In this document: piece by piece, positions 10,969 through 24,600 of the stretch | How the letters are laid out: every line of letters starts with the position of its first letter | Numbering within the stretch: position 1 is the first letter of the stretch | Source: Adineta vaga | Taxonomy: Eukaryota; Animalia; Rotifera | DNA length: 64,000 bases | NCBI GenBank assembly: GCA_021613535.1 | Contig: CP075496.1 | Span: forward strand, 1,054,001-1,118,000 | Direction: 5' to 3' | The notes under the pieces: model-generated | What the model saw: the letters and a program-made list of their open reading frames with translations, nothing else | Told to the model about the DNA's origin: nothing | The model's database searches: none | Program-made: the position numbers and the translations under genes

Positions 10969-13900
10969 ATGGCTTCAAATCTTTCTCCAGATATTGAAAA
11001 TTTATGTTTTTCATTTGATAAACACGTTGATTTAACATCGAAGAATGATTCCGATCGTGGAGATTCTACAATGTAAGTTTCTCAACGAATTGTAACGAAA
11101 AACATTCATTTTCTTTAGTAATATTTCCACCCATCAACCATTAACTGTCTCAACACTTGCTCATTATTTCGGTTTACGATGTGATGAATATCTTCGTTTA
11201 TCTTTAAATTCTTCTTCAGAATCAACTAAATCTGAAACTTTAACAAATACTTTAGTAAAACAACGTGGAATAACATTCGAAGCTAATCTTAAATCTTATT
11301 ATTCATCTTCAATCTTAACAAATATATTCAATGATAAACAATTTCTATTGTATCTTCGTTCGATAATATCTAATCCAATTTCTGATCTTCAAATTGGTTA
11401 TAATATTAAATTTCCATGGACTTACGATAAACATCTTCGAAGTAGTTATAAGCCAGATTTTTTGTTAATACGACAATTAGATGGAAATGATAATCGAATT
11501 GAGATTACAATTGCCGATGCGAAATCATCCTTACGAGTTCGGATTGAACATTGTATTCAAGTTGCGCTCTATGCAATTGATTTACGAGTTTGGATTGAAC
11601 AAAATCAACTTGACGAATTTGTATTTATTAATCAATTTGGAGAAATTTGGTTACCGAACGATAATCAAACGCTTCCTTATGAGAGAAAAGTTTTTCCAAT
11701 GATTAAATTACAAGAAAAACTTCGAAATTTTCTTGAAAATGATTTAGAAAAGGTTCTAACAGGTAATGTTCATCATTCATTTTTTCTGACGAATATTTAA
11801 AAGAATCTTTTAGGATCAAAATGGATTATGTTACCACGGTGTTCACTTTGTTCATTTGCTTCTCGTTGTCGACAAAGAGCAAAACATGATGAGCCCGAAT
11901 CCATAAATAATTTATCGTATTTAACTCGAACAAATCATTCATTAATTCATTCATTTTTTCAATCAACATTACTTTCATCACTCGATTTAGATATTCTCTT
12001 TAACTCAGTAAATACGAATAATGATGAGATCTTTTCCGATGAAAAACTCAAACTTCAACGAATTCTATCAATTGATACAAAAGATCGGACAAGTGCAGTT
12101 ATAAAAGCTCTTCAAACTCATCAACCACAATTAAAACCTCAAACATCATTTTTAATTCCAAAAATCAACGACAATTTACTTCTTCTTTTTCTTTTTCTCA
12201 TACCAAATCCATCACAATTACATTCTGTTACACTTTTTGCTTGGAATATCTATGATATGTTTGATCAAACATGGTTTCATTCTTCACCATGCATTCAAAC
12301 TTATCCGTCACCAACTCAAATTATTTCTATGATCGCTCAAGCTTTAGATGAAGTTCGAATAAAATCGGGTCGTCCTTGTCAAATTATTCTTTTTGATGAA
12401 CAAGAAAAAACATTGTTATTAGAACAATTAACACTCGCATCAGACAATGAATCAATTAGTCAATGTCTTGTTCTATTAAATTCATCAGAAAATGCGATTT
12501 TACTTGATCATCCACCTGATATTATTCAAACGGATCGATTATTTCGTTCACATCCATTGTCCAATGTAAAAAAAGATCAAATTGAACAAGAATTAACTGA
12601 ACGTTATAGTTCATCGATTGATCATAGTCGAAAATCAACAAGGATTGAATTAACACAACAATTACGACAATTAAATGAACAAGAACAAGAAAAAGCAAGA
12701 AAAACTCTCATTGGTTTACCATGTCTCATATCTTTACATACAGGTTCAGTGAATTATAAGAGAAAGGAAAAGAATTTGATTGAATTTCTTTTTAGCTATT
12801 CGACAATCATTTGTTATACCAATGCCTGGTTATTTTGATTTAAATGATTTGAAATCTTCATTTCAAATTTCCTTATCATCAGTTAAATCGTCAGAAATAT
12901 TCGAAGCAATACTTACTTCTTCTTCACCTGTCGATGATCTTGTTCAACAGCATTTAAATGTTCTTGCTCGACTATATTGTATTATTCAAAAATGCTTATC
13001 CGAATCGAATCGTCTTCAATTCGATGCATTTCCATTACCGAATATTCAACCAATAAAAAGTTCTCATTTACATATTCGTCGTTTGATATTTTTACGTCAA
13101 TATGAAATGTTATTTTCTCTTCGTTCAATTCAACAAACACGTTTTGATATCAATGTACCACCTGTTCTTATTCGTATAATTAAAAAGATACCGATTGATA
13201 AATATAATAATCTATGGGAATGTCAAATTGAACGTGGCCATGAAATACTTTCGAAAAATTTTATTGAAAACGTAACAAATAATAATGAATTTCGTACATA
13301 TCCATATTTGATATCGAAAGATAATTTTTCTGTTCAAACATTTCCTGATGCTATTTATATGGATTCAGCTATTGACGGTATCCGTTCACGTATAAAACAT
13401 GATCGATATGGTTTAGCTCATGTTGAACAAAATGGAGAAAATGAAACAATATTCATTCGTGTAAAACTTTGTGGTCTTTCATTAGAAATCAATCAAGAAT
13501 ATTATTTAAGTGAACGTTATGTCGATTTTAATACAAAAAAAGCCATTCAAGCTTTAGAACAAGCAACTTCATTAACAATTCAAATACTTGATGATCCGCG
13601 CCAATTGAAAAAACCTGAAGCAATTCAAAAATGTTGCCAAAATTTCCAACAGGAAATTATCAATATGTTTTCAAAACGAGAACCATCAATAAAACCAGAA
13701 GGTTTACATTTGCTTAATAAAGGACAACAAATTGCGTGTGAAAAAGTTAAAAATGAACGTGTAACATTAATATGGGGACCACCAGGTAAAGAACTTTCTA
13801 AAAAAAAACGCCTTCGGAACTATTTGTTGTTTAGGTACTGGTAAAACTTATTGGTCTAGTGTAACTGTTTTTCAAATGTTAATGTTTTCTGTATCTCCAT

Positions 13901-15164
13901 TACGCATATTAATCACAGCTTGTACTCATACAGCAATAAATAATCTTCTGTCTTCAATTGAACAATTGAAAAAACTCTTTTCATCGTCATCACAATTTCC
14001 TCAATGGTATAAATTAGCAAATGAATTAAAAATAATGAAAATTGATTCAACTAATTATCGTGATATTTCTTCTTTGAAAGGAGATTATCCTTTTGTTATT
14101 GGATCAACTGGATGGACATTACAAAAACTCGATCGTTCTATTATTTTCGATGTGATTTTGGTTGATGAAGCAACTCAATTATTAACCAGTGATGCTGTTT
14201 TAGCATTGAATCGTTTAGCTAATCATGATGAATCACGATTAATTGTAGCTGGTGATCCGTTACAATTACCACCTGTAAAACGTTGTTTATATCCAGCTTT
14301 ACCTCATCCTATTCCTGATCTATTTTCATCTCTTTTTCATTGTTTATTACGTGATGTAAACAATAGTCCAATATCTTTACACACAGAAAAACCATTCGAG
14401 CAAATATCCCGTTGTCCATATTTATCTATTTTTGATGAAAATCATCGTAAATTGTTTTCTTCATATCGAATTTTCTTTCGTTTTCATTTCGTTTTCTTCT
14501 AGGAATGAATGAGCAATTATCTGATTTTACTCGTCTCTTATATGGTGAAAGTTATCGTCAAGGTCGTTCAAAACCTCTACTCTCTATTCGTTCCATTGAT
14601 AATTCAAAAAAGTATCTTCTTGGATCACTTCTTGAACGATATAGTTCACTCTATACATTACTGATTGATTCATCACCACCATCTTCATTTACAACTCGCA
14701 CTGATGATCTTACGCTTGAATCACGTCTTGTTTATTCTCTTATCGAAGAACTTATTTTACGGATAGCTCCTACATCAATATTTGTCATAACTCCACATCG
14801 AATGCAACGTTCTGCTATTCAACAAAAACTTTCGAAAAATCCATTTCCAACTGTTTCTATTACTTGTGATACCGTCGAAAGAATGCAAGGAAAAGAAGCT
14901 CAATGTGTAATACTTTGTATGTTATATCGACAAGCTGAAATACTTGAAAATGAATTAGATTTTATTTACAATCGACAGCGAATTAATGTTAGTATAACAC
15001 GTGCACAACAATTATGTATACTATTAACATCACATTTATTAGTTAATCAACCACCATTAGAAATATTTGTGGATGGAAATACAAGAAATGCTTATACTCT
15101 ATTGAGTAATTATGTGAATAAATCTACGATACAATATCTGGATAATGAAGGCAACATAAAATAA
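10969..15164 (+). CDS. PD-(D/E)XK (RecB/Cas4/Dna2-like, Fe-S) nuclease fused to SF1 DNA2/NAM7-type helicase. Exons 10969-11072, 11119-11762, 11814-12743, 12796-13785, 13835-14446, 14503-15164.
   Basis: Nuclease motifs RCDEYL, KPDFL, IADAKSS, QVALY, CSLCSFASRC. Helicase motifs GPPG|TGKT, TACTHTAINN, DEATQ, GDPLQLPP, ENH|RM, ITPHRMQ, TVERMQGKE, RINVSITRAQ. Five GT-AG introns join the ORF-track pieces in frame. Confidence 0.88.
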
Positions 15165-15691
15165 TTCAACTACTTTTAACATATAGAAAAATGTAATCCA
15201 ATTCATTTTAATCGTATTCGTGTTCAACTATTAGTTTTTTTGTATAAAATAAAATCTTAGATAATATCAGATTGTTTACAAACATTGTCATTCTATAACT
15301 ATCCTACTTTTAGTACAACGTATGATTTGATATGTACAGTTAATATCACAATTGTGTTTCTACATGATGATAATTATTATAGTATTATCGTAAATTGAAT
15401 TTGATAACAAAGGCAAACGTGTATCCCATAATACAAAACTATAACTGTGTACAATATCGTTCGAATACTTACATGATTGATTTCAAATAGTACACAACTA
15501 GCATGAAAGAAAATTGATATAGATAAGTAAATATGTTCCGTATTAATTTATTTATTTCGAACCAAAAATAAGATGTACTGATTAATAAAATTTAAAAGTG
15601 ACATTTATAATCAAAATTTTTTTCCGGTTTCCCAAAAAATATCTAGTACATCATCTAGCTAAACAAAGTCTTTTTCGTTCGTTAATAATAA

Positions 15692-18600
15692 TCATTTTCC
15701 ACTATTCGAAGTACTACCTGAACATACATTACAATTACATGATCGAATGCGTCGAATTTCCACAGTTTTTTGTACTGGTTCATTTTGTAAACCATCAACA
15801 AAACAATCAAAAATAACGGGTTGCAAGTATGTTTCTCCAACTGAACAGCAAGTACATTGATCATCGCTATCAGATTCACATTGGCCACTGCAACGTTCTC
15901 GAGGAATATTTTCACGTGATATACATTGATCTTTATTGATTCGTAATGGAGCACTGTCAAATTGATGAACTGAGCACTTATCATGACATACATTACAGCT
16001 GCATGACTTGATACGTTGAATCGTTATGACCTTCTCGACTGTTTGTGTTGTTGAACCATCGACGAAACAATCAAAGAGAACAGCTTGTGATTCAGTTTCT
16101 CCAATTCCACAACATTTACATTGATCGCTGCTATCAGATTCGCAATAACCACCACAACGTTCTCGTGGAAAACTGTTGCGAGATATACATTTGCCATTAT
16201 TCACCTTAATTGGGCCATTGTCATACTGTTGCATGGTACATTCGGTACTATTAGTTATCGGTGTTGTTGTTTGCATGGTGGTCGTTGTTACTAAACACTG
16301 ATTGTTAGATAATTTCAAACCGTCAGCTGTACAATATACGATATAACAACGATCTCGTGTACGAATTATTGTGCCCTGTTCCACAGTATCATTGATGTAA
16401 ACAATATTTTGGGACTCCGTAGTACCATTTACATAGGTATGAATGTAACCAATTTCTTCTACAAAAACAATGACATATAATTCCGGTGTCGCAACGACAT
16501 ATGAACTTACTATCGGAAGTTGGTTCTTTCTTGAAAACACGAATGTAAAATGCTTCATCAAGCAAACATTCACAACGACGATTTATACACGATTGATGCT
16601 CAAGTAACTGTTCGTTGCTACAACTAATCGATGAACTTCCGTTACGCGAACGTGTCTTGTATCCAATACCACATGTACGACTACATGGTGTCCATTCAGA
16701 CCATTCTGACAATGAACATGTTCTATCTGTTGTTGTCGTCTCCGTTACTAATGAAAACCGAAAGACTATAAAACTCACATATACACTTTCTATTCTTCTT
16801 ACCAAATGATGAACAAGCATAAACTTCAACATGAAGATTTTTCACCTCGCCATTCGGGCTGATACGAATCTTCGTTGCATTCAATGTTGTGGGTAATATT
16901 AGTTCATTGTTTGTCAATACAGATCCCTGAAATGAAACAAATTGAGAAAAATTCACACCTGAAGCTCTACATACATTATCAAAAGCGATCCACCGTGGAT
17001 AAATATCCGATGCCGATTGAAAATACAAACGCCACTCTTTCAAGTTAACACCATTCAGTCGAATACGACCGATCTACAAAGAAAATGAATATACATTTGC
17101 TTTCCCCTGTCATGAATATTCGTATCTTACCTCAACTCCATGGCGATAGTCGATGTTCAATGACGAGAAGGCCGATGATGGTGTCCATCCAGTACCATTC
17201 GCACGGATCACAAATCCTACAACAGTAGTTTCTCCTTTGGTTGTTTCCGTAATAGAATCTGCATTTAATAAGCCCAACTCTTCATCTAAAGAATCCTCTG
17301 TTTGACATCTATGTGGTACGCTTGGTGTAGTGGTAGTTTCATTTGCACTAATACTGGTTGCTCCACTTGTAACAAGAGTGGTAGTTCCTTGGCTTCCTGA
17401 ATGACCGGTTGCTGTTGTGAACTCAGTATTTGGTTTAGTTATGGTGGTGTCTGAAAATAGGTTTAAGGTTATAGATTATTACCATCATTATCAGACAAAA
17501 CGACGAATGACTAAGCCTAAAACTTACCAAATGTTGCCTCGACACATGCTTTGATGTCCAAAATAACACCTTTCGGTGATGGCCGTCGGTTGTTAGAATA
17601 ACAGTGATATAGACGCGTCCAATATCACTCGTCGATGGTACCTTGTTAGAGTCAACCGTTGCTGGTTTGCTCTTGTCATTGTTTCGACTAACACTCGATT
17701 CGATAGGTTTCTCATTGATCTTCTTTCCGTCGGGCGAATAGAATGTCACTTCAAACTGTTCGACATTGCCATTTGGTGTTTTGTCACGTGGAAGAGTGAC
17801 TGATTGTACTTCAGCTGGTTTATCAAATGTAACAATGATTGTTGGATTCATTTGAGCTGGAGGAAAGACACACCTATTACTGATGTCGGTTGAAATTCCA
17901 CATTCTTGCCTTCTGGAAGCTCACCGGGTGTAACTATAATCTTCTTACTCACAGCTTCATCAACAGCCTGCATTTCTTGACATTGTCTTGTCGTAGATCC
18001 GATTACTGGCGTAGTAGAAGCACCGAAAATAGTGGAGAGGAAGGTAACAACCGATGTACTTCCACTTCCACTGCTGACTACTGTTGATGATAGACTCGCA
18101 AAGTGCTCTGAGCCGCAACTGTTGTTTGTCCTGGTTGTGTTGTTTGACCAACAACCGTAGTTTGACCTGGTGCTAATGTTTGTCCTGGTTGTGTTGTTTG
18201 ACCTGGTGCTAATGTTTGTCCTGGTTGTGTTGTTTGACCAGCTACTGTAGTTTCACCTGGTGCTAATGTTTGTCCTGGTTGTGTAGTTTGACCTGGTGCT
18301 AATGTTTGACCTGGTTGTGTTGTTTGACCAGCTACTGTTGTTTCACCTGGTGCTAATGTTTGTCCTGGTTGTGTTGTTTGACCAGCTACTGTTGTCTCAC
18401 CTGGTGCTAATGTTTGGCCTGGTTGTGTGGTTTGACCGGGTTGTGTTGTTTGACTTGCTACTGTTGTCTCACCTGGTGCTAATGTTTGTCCTGGTTGTGT
18501 TGTTTGACCAGCTACTGTTGTCTCACCTGGTGCTAATGTTTGGCCTGGTTGTGTAGTTTGGCCAGCTACTGTAGTTTCACCTGGTGCTAATGTTTGTCCT

Positions 18601-21600
18601 GGTTGTGTGTAGTTTGACCTGGTGCTAATGTTTGTCCCGGTTGTGTAGTTTGACCAGCTACTGTAGTTTCACCTGGTGCTAATGTTTGTCCTGGTTGTGT
18701 AGTTTGACCAGCTACTGTAGTTTCACCTGGTGCTAATGTTTGTCCTGGTTGTGTAGTTTGGCCAGCTACTGTAGTTTCACCTGGTGCTAATGTTTGTCCT
18801 GGTTGTGTAGTTTGACCTGGTGCTAATGTTTGTCCCGGTTGTGTAGTTTGACCAGCTACTGTAGTTTCACCTGGTGCTAATGTTTGTCCTGGTTGTGTAG
18901 TTTGACCAGCTACTGTAGTTTCACCTGGTGCTAATGTTTGTCCTGGTTGTGTAGTTTGACCAGCTACTGTTGTTTCACCTGGTGCTAATGTTTGTCCTGG
19001 TTGTGTAGTTTGACCAGCTACTGTTGTTTGACCTGGTGCTAATGTTTGTCCTGGTTGTGCATCTACAACTTGCACAACTTCTTCGCATTTGTCCTGGTGC
19101 TAATGTTTGTCCTGGTTGTGTAGTTTGACCAGCTACTGTTGTTTCACCTGGTGCTAATGTTTGTCCTGGTTGTGTAGTTTGGCCTGCTACTGTAGTTTGT
19201 CCTGGTGCTAATGTTTGTCCTGGTTGTGTAGTTTGACCAACAACCTGTTGTTTCACCTGGTGCTAATGTTTGTCCTGGTTGTGTAGTTTGGCCTGCTACT
19301 GTAGTTTGTCCTGGTGCTAATGTTTGTCCTGGTTGTGTAGTTTGACCAGCTACTGTAGTTTGACCTGGTTGTGTTGTTTGGCCTGCTACTGTAGTTTGAC
19401 CTGGTTGTGTTGTTTGACCTGCTACTGTTGTTTGACCTGGTGCTGTTGTTTGTCCTGGTTGTGTTGTTTGACCAGCTACTGTTGTTTCACCTGGTGCTAA
19501 TGTTTGTCCTGGTTGTGTTGTTTGACCAGCTACTGTTGTTTCACCTGGTGCTAGTGTTTGGCCTGGTTGTGTTGTTTGACCAGCTACTGTTGTTTCACCT
19601 GGTGCTAGTGTTTGTCCTGGTTGTGTGGTTTGACCAGCTACTGTTGTCTCACCTGGTGCTAATGTTTGTCCTGGTTGTGTCGTTTGATCAGCTACTGTTG
19701 TTTGACCTGGTTGTGTTGTTTGACCAGCTACTGTTGTCGTCTCTGAAAAATATAATCGTCAGAATTGAAAATATTGTTCATGCTGATTTTCGAACTAGTG
19801 TACATACCTTTTGTTGATTCAACACAGGCTTTGATATCTAACACAATGCCTTTTGGTGATAGACTATCAGTTGTTTGAAGAACAGTGATTGCAATACGTG
19901 CAACTAGTTGATTAGCTGGTGTTTTGCTAGAATCAACTGTGGCCGGTTGAGTCTTGTCATTAGTTGGACTCAACGTTGACAGGATTGGTGCATTATTGAT
20001 CTGGTTGCCATCAGGTCCGTAGAATGTGACACTGAATTGTGCAATATTAGCATTGGCAATTGTGTCACGTGGGATGGTGACAGATGTAATCTCGGCTAGT
20101 TTCAAAACTGTGACAATGATGTCAGGATTGAGAAATGGTGCAGGGAAAGAAACACCAATCGTAGACGTTGGTTGAAATTTCAATTTATCAGCTTGTGAGA
20201 TGACACCTGGATTGGTAACAATGCGTTGACTGACAAGTGCATCCACAACTTGCACAACTTCTTCGCATCTTTTGGGTGTTGTTTGACCAGCTACTGTAGT
20301 TTCACCTGGTGCTAATGTTTGTCCTGGTTGTGTAGTTTGACCAGCTACTGTAGTTTGACCTGGTGCTAATGTTTGTCCTGGTTGTGTAGTTTGACCAGCT
20401 ACTGTTGTTTCACCTGGTGCTAATGTTTGTCCTGGTTGTGTAGTTTGACCAGCTACTGTTGTTTGACCTGGTGCTAATGTTTGTCCTGGTTGTGTAGTTT
20501 GGCCTGCTACTGTAGTTTGTCCTGGTGCTAATGTTTGTCCTGGTTGTGTAGTTTGACCAGCTACTGTTGTTTCACCTGGTGCTAATGTTTGTCCTGGTTG
20601 TGTAGTTTGACCAGCTACTGTAGTTTCACCTGGTGCTAATGTTTGTCCTGGTTGTGTCGTTTGACCAGCTACTGTTGTTTCACCTGGTGCTAATGTTTGT
20701 CCTGGTTGTGTCGTTTGACCAGCTACTGTAGTCTGACCTGGTGCTAATGTTTGTCCTGGTTGTGTAGTTTGACCAGCTACTGTAGTTTGACCTGGTTGTG
20801 TTGTTTGGCCTGCTACTGTAGTTTGACCTGGTTGTGTTGTTTGGCCTGCTACTGTAGTTTGACCTGGTGCTAATGTTTGTCCTGGTTGTGTAGTTTGGCC
20901 AGCTACTGTTGTTTCACCTGGTGCTAATGTTTGTCCTGGTTGTGTAGTTTGACCAGCTACTGTAGTTTCACCTGGTGCTAATGTTTGTCCTGGTTGTGTA
21001 GTTTGACCAGCTACTGTTGTTTCACCTGGTGCTAATGTTTGTCCTGGTTGTGTAGTTTGACCAGCTACTGTAGTTTCACCTGGTGCTAATGTTTGTCCTG
21101 GTTGTGTAGTTTGACCAGCTACTGTTGTTTCACCTGGTGCTAATGTTTGTCCTGGTTGTGTAGTTTGGCCTGCTACTGTAGTTTGTCCTGGTGCTAATGT
21201 TTGTCCTGGTTGTGTAGTTTGACCAGCTACTGTAGTTTGACCTGGTTGTGTTGTTTGGCCTGCTACTGTAGTTTGACCTGGTTGTGTTGTTTGGCCTGCT
21301 ACTGTAGTTTGACCTGGTGCTAATGTTTGTCCTGGTTGTGTAGTTTGACCAGCTACTGTTGTTTCACCTGGTGCTAATGTTTGTCCTGGTTGTGTAGTTT
21401 GACCAGCTACTGTAGTTTGACCTGGTGCTAATGTTTGTCCTGGTTGTGTAGTTTGACCAGCTACTGTAGTCTGACCTGGTGCTAATGTTTGTCCTGGTTG
21501 TGTCGTTTGATCAGCTACTGTTGTTTGACCTGGTTGTGTTGTTTGACCAGCTACTGTTGTCGTCTCTGAAAAATATAATCGTCAGAATTGAAAATATTGT

Positions 21601-24600
21601 TCATGCTGATTTTCGAACTAGTGTACATACCTTTTGTTGATTCAACACAGGCTTTGATATCTAACACAATGCCTTTTGGTGATAGACTATCAGTTGTTTG
21701 AAGAACAGTGATTGCAATACGTGCAACTAGTTGATTAGCTGGTGTTTTGCTAGAATCAACTGTGGCCGGTTGAGTCTTGTCATTAGTTGGACTCAACGTT
21801 GACAGGATTGGTGCATTATTGATCTGGTTGCCATCAGGTCCGTAGAATGTGACACTGAATTGTGCAATATTAGCATTGGCAATTGTGTCACGTGGGATGG
21901 TGACAGATGTAATCTCGGCTAGTTTCAAAACTGTGACAATGATGTCAGGATTGAGAAATGGTGCAGGGAAAGAAACACCAATCGTAGACGTTGGTTGAAA
22001 TTTCAATTTATCAGCTTGTGAGATGACACCTGGATTGGTAACAATGCGTTGACTGACAAGTGCATCTACAACTTGCACAACTTCTTCGCATCTTTTGGGT
22101 GTTGTCTGACCAGCTACTGTAGTTTGACCTGGTGCTAATGTTTGTCCTGGTTGTGTCGTTTGACCAGCTACTGTTGTTTCACCTGGTGCTAATGTTTGTC
22201 CTGGTTGTGTTGTTTGACCAGCTACTGTTGTTTGACCTGGTGCTAATGTTTGTCCTGGTTGTGTTGTTTGACCAGCTACTGTTGTTTGACCTGGTGCTAA
22301 TGTTTGTCCTGGTTGTGTTGTTTGACCAGCTACTGTTGTTTCACCTGGTGCTAATGTTTGTCCTGGTTGTGTGGTTTGACCAGCTACTGTTGTTTCACCT
22401 GGTGCTAATGTTTGTCCTGGTTGTGTTGTTTGACCAGCTACTGTAGTTTGACCTGGTGCTAATGTTTGTCCTGGTTGTGTAGTTTGACCAGCTACTGTTG
22501 TTTCACCTGGTGCTAATGTTTGTCCTGGTTGTGTAGTTTGACCAGCTACTGTTGTTTCACCTGGTGCTAATGTTTGTCCTGGTTGTGTTGTTTGACCAGC
22601 TACTGTTGTTTCACCTGGTGCTAATGTTTGTCCTGGTTGTGTCGTTTGACCAGCTACTGTTGTTTGACCTGGTGCTAATGTTTGTCCTGGTTGTGTCGTT
22701 TGACCAGCTACTGTAGTTTGACCTGGTGCTAATGTTTGTCCTGGTTGTGTAGTTTGGCCAGCTACTGTTGTTTCACCTGGTGCTAATGTTTGTCCTGGTT
22801 GTGTCGTTTGACCAGCTACTGTAGTTTGACCTGGTGCTAATGTTTGTCCTGGTTGTGTAGTTTGGCCAGCTACTGTAGTTTCACCTGGTGCTAATGTTTG
22901 TCCTGGTTGTGTTGTTTGACCAGCTACTGTTGTTTCACCTGGTGCTAGTGTTTGGCCTGGTTGTGTGGTTTGACCAGCTACTGTTGTTTCACCTGGTGCT
23001 AATGTTTGTCCTGGTTGTGTTGTTTGACCAGCTACTGTTGTTTCACCTGGTGCTAGTGTTTGGCCTGGTTGTGTGGTTTGACCGGGTTGTGTTGTTTGAC
23101 CAGCTACTGTTGTTTCACCTGGTGCTAGTGTTTGGCCTGGTTGTGTGGTTTGACCGGGTTGTGTTGTTTGACCAGCTACTGTTGTTTCACCTGGTGCTAG
23201 TGTTTGGCCTGGTTTTGGCCTGGTTGTGTTGTTTGACCCTGGTTGTGTTGTTTGACCAGCTACTGTTGTCTCTGACCACCCTGCTAATGTTTGTCCTGGT
23301 TGTGTTGTTTGACCAGCTACTGTTGTTTCACCTGGTGCTGTTGCCTGGTTGTTGACCAGCTACTGTTGTTTGACCTGGTTGTGTTGTTTGACCAGCTACT
23401 GTTGTTTGACCTGGTGCTGTTGTTTGACCTGGTTGTGTTGTTTGACCAGCTACTGTTGTTTGACCTGGTTGTGTTGTTTGACCAGCTACTGTTGTTTCAC
23501 CTGGTGCTAATGTTTTGTCCTGGTTGTGTCGTTTGACCAGCTACTGTGTTTGACCTGGTGGCTAATGTTTGTCCTGGTTGTGTCGTTTGACCAGCTACTG
23601 TGTTTGACCTGGTGCTAATGTTTGTCCTGGTTGTGTAGTTTGACCAGCTACTGTAGTTTGACCTGGTGCTAATGTTTGTCCTGGTTGTGTTGTTTGACCA
23701 GCTACTGTTGTTTCACCTGGTGCTAGTGTTTGACCTGGTGCTAATGTTTGTCCGGGTTGTGTTGTTTGACCAGCTACTGTTGTTTCACCTGGTGCTAGTG
23801 TTTGTCCTGGTTGTGTGGTTTGACCAGCTACTGTTGTTTCACCTGGTGCTAGTGTTTGTCCTGGTTGTGTAGTTTGGCCAGCTACTGTTGTTTCACCTGG
23901 TGCTAATGTTTGTCCTGGTTGTGTCGTTTGACCAGCTACTGTAGTTTGACCTGGTGCTAATGTTTGTCCTGGTTGTGTCGTTTGACCAGCTACTGTAGTT
24001 TGACCTGGTGCTAATGTTTGTCCTGGTTGTGTGGTTTGACCAGCTACTGTTGTTTCACCTGGTGCTAATGTTTGTCCTGGTTGTGTGGTTTGACCAGCTA
24101 CTGTTGTTTCACCTGGTGCTAGTGTTTGTCCTGGTTGTGTGGTTTGACCAGCTACTGTTGTTTCACCTGGTGCTAATGTTTGTCCTGGTTGTGTTGTTTG
24201 ACCAGCTACTGTTGTTTCACCTGGTGCTAATGTTTGTCCTGGTTGTGTGGTTTGACCAGCTACTGTAGTTTGACCTGGTGCTAATGTTTGTCCTGGTTGT
24301 GTTGTTTGACCAGCTACTGTTGTTTCACCTGGTGCTAATGTTTGTCCTGGTTGTGTTGTTTGACCAGCTACTGTAGTTTGACCTGGTGCTAATGTTTGTC
24401 CTGGTTGTGTGGTTTGACCAGCTACTGTTGTTTCACCTGGTGCTAATGTTTGTCCTGGTTGTGTTGTTTGACCAGCTACTGTTGTTTGACCTGGTGCTAA
24501 TGTTTGTCCTGGTTGTGTCGTTTGACCAGCTACTGTAGTTTGACCTGGTGCTAATGTTTGTCCTGGTTGTGTAGTTTGGCCAGCTACTGTTGTTTCACCT

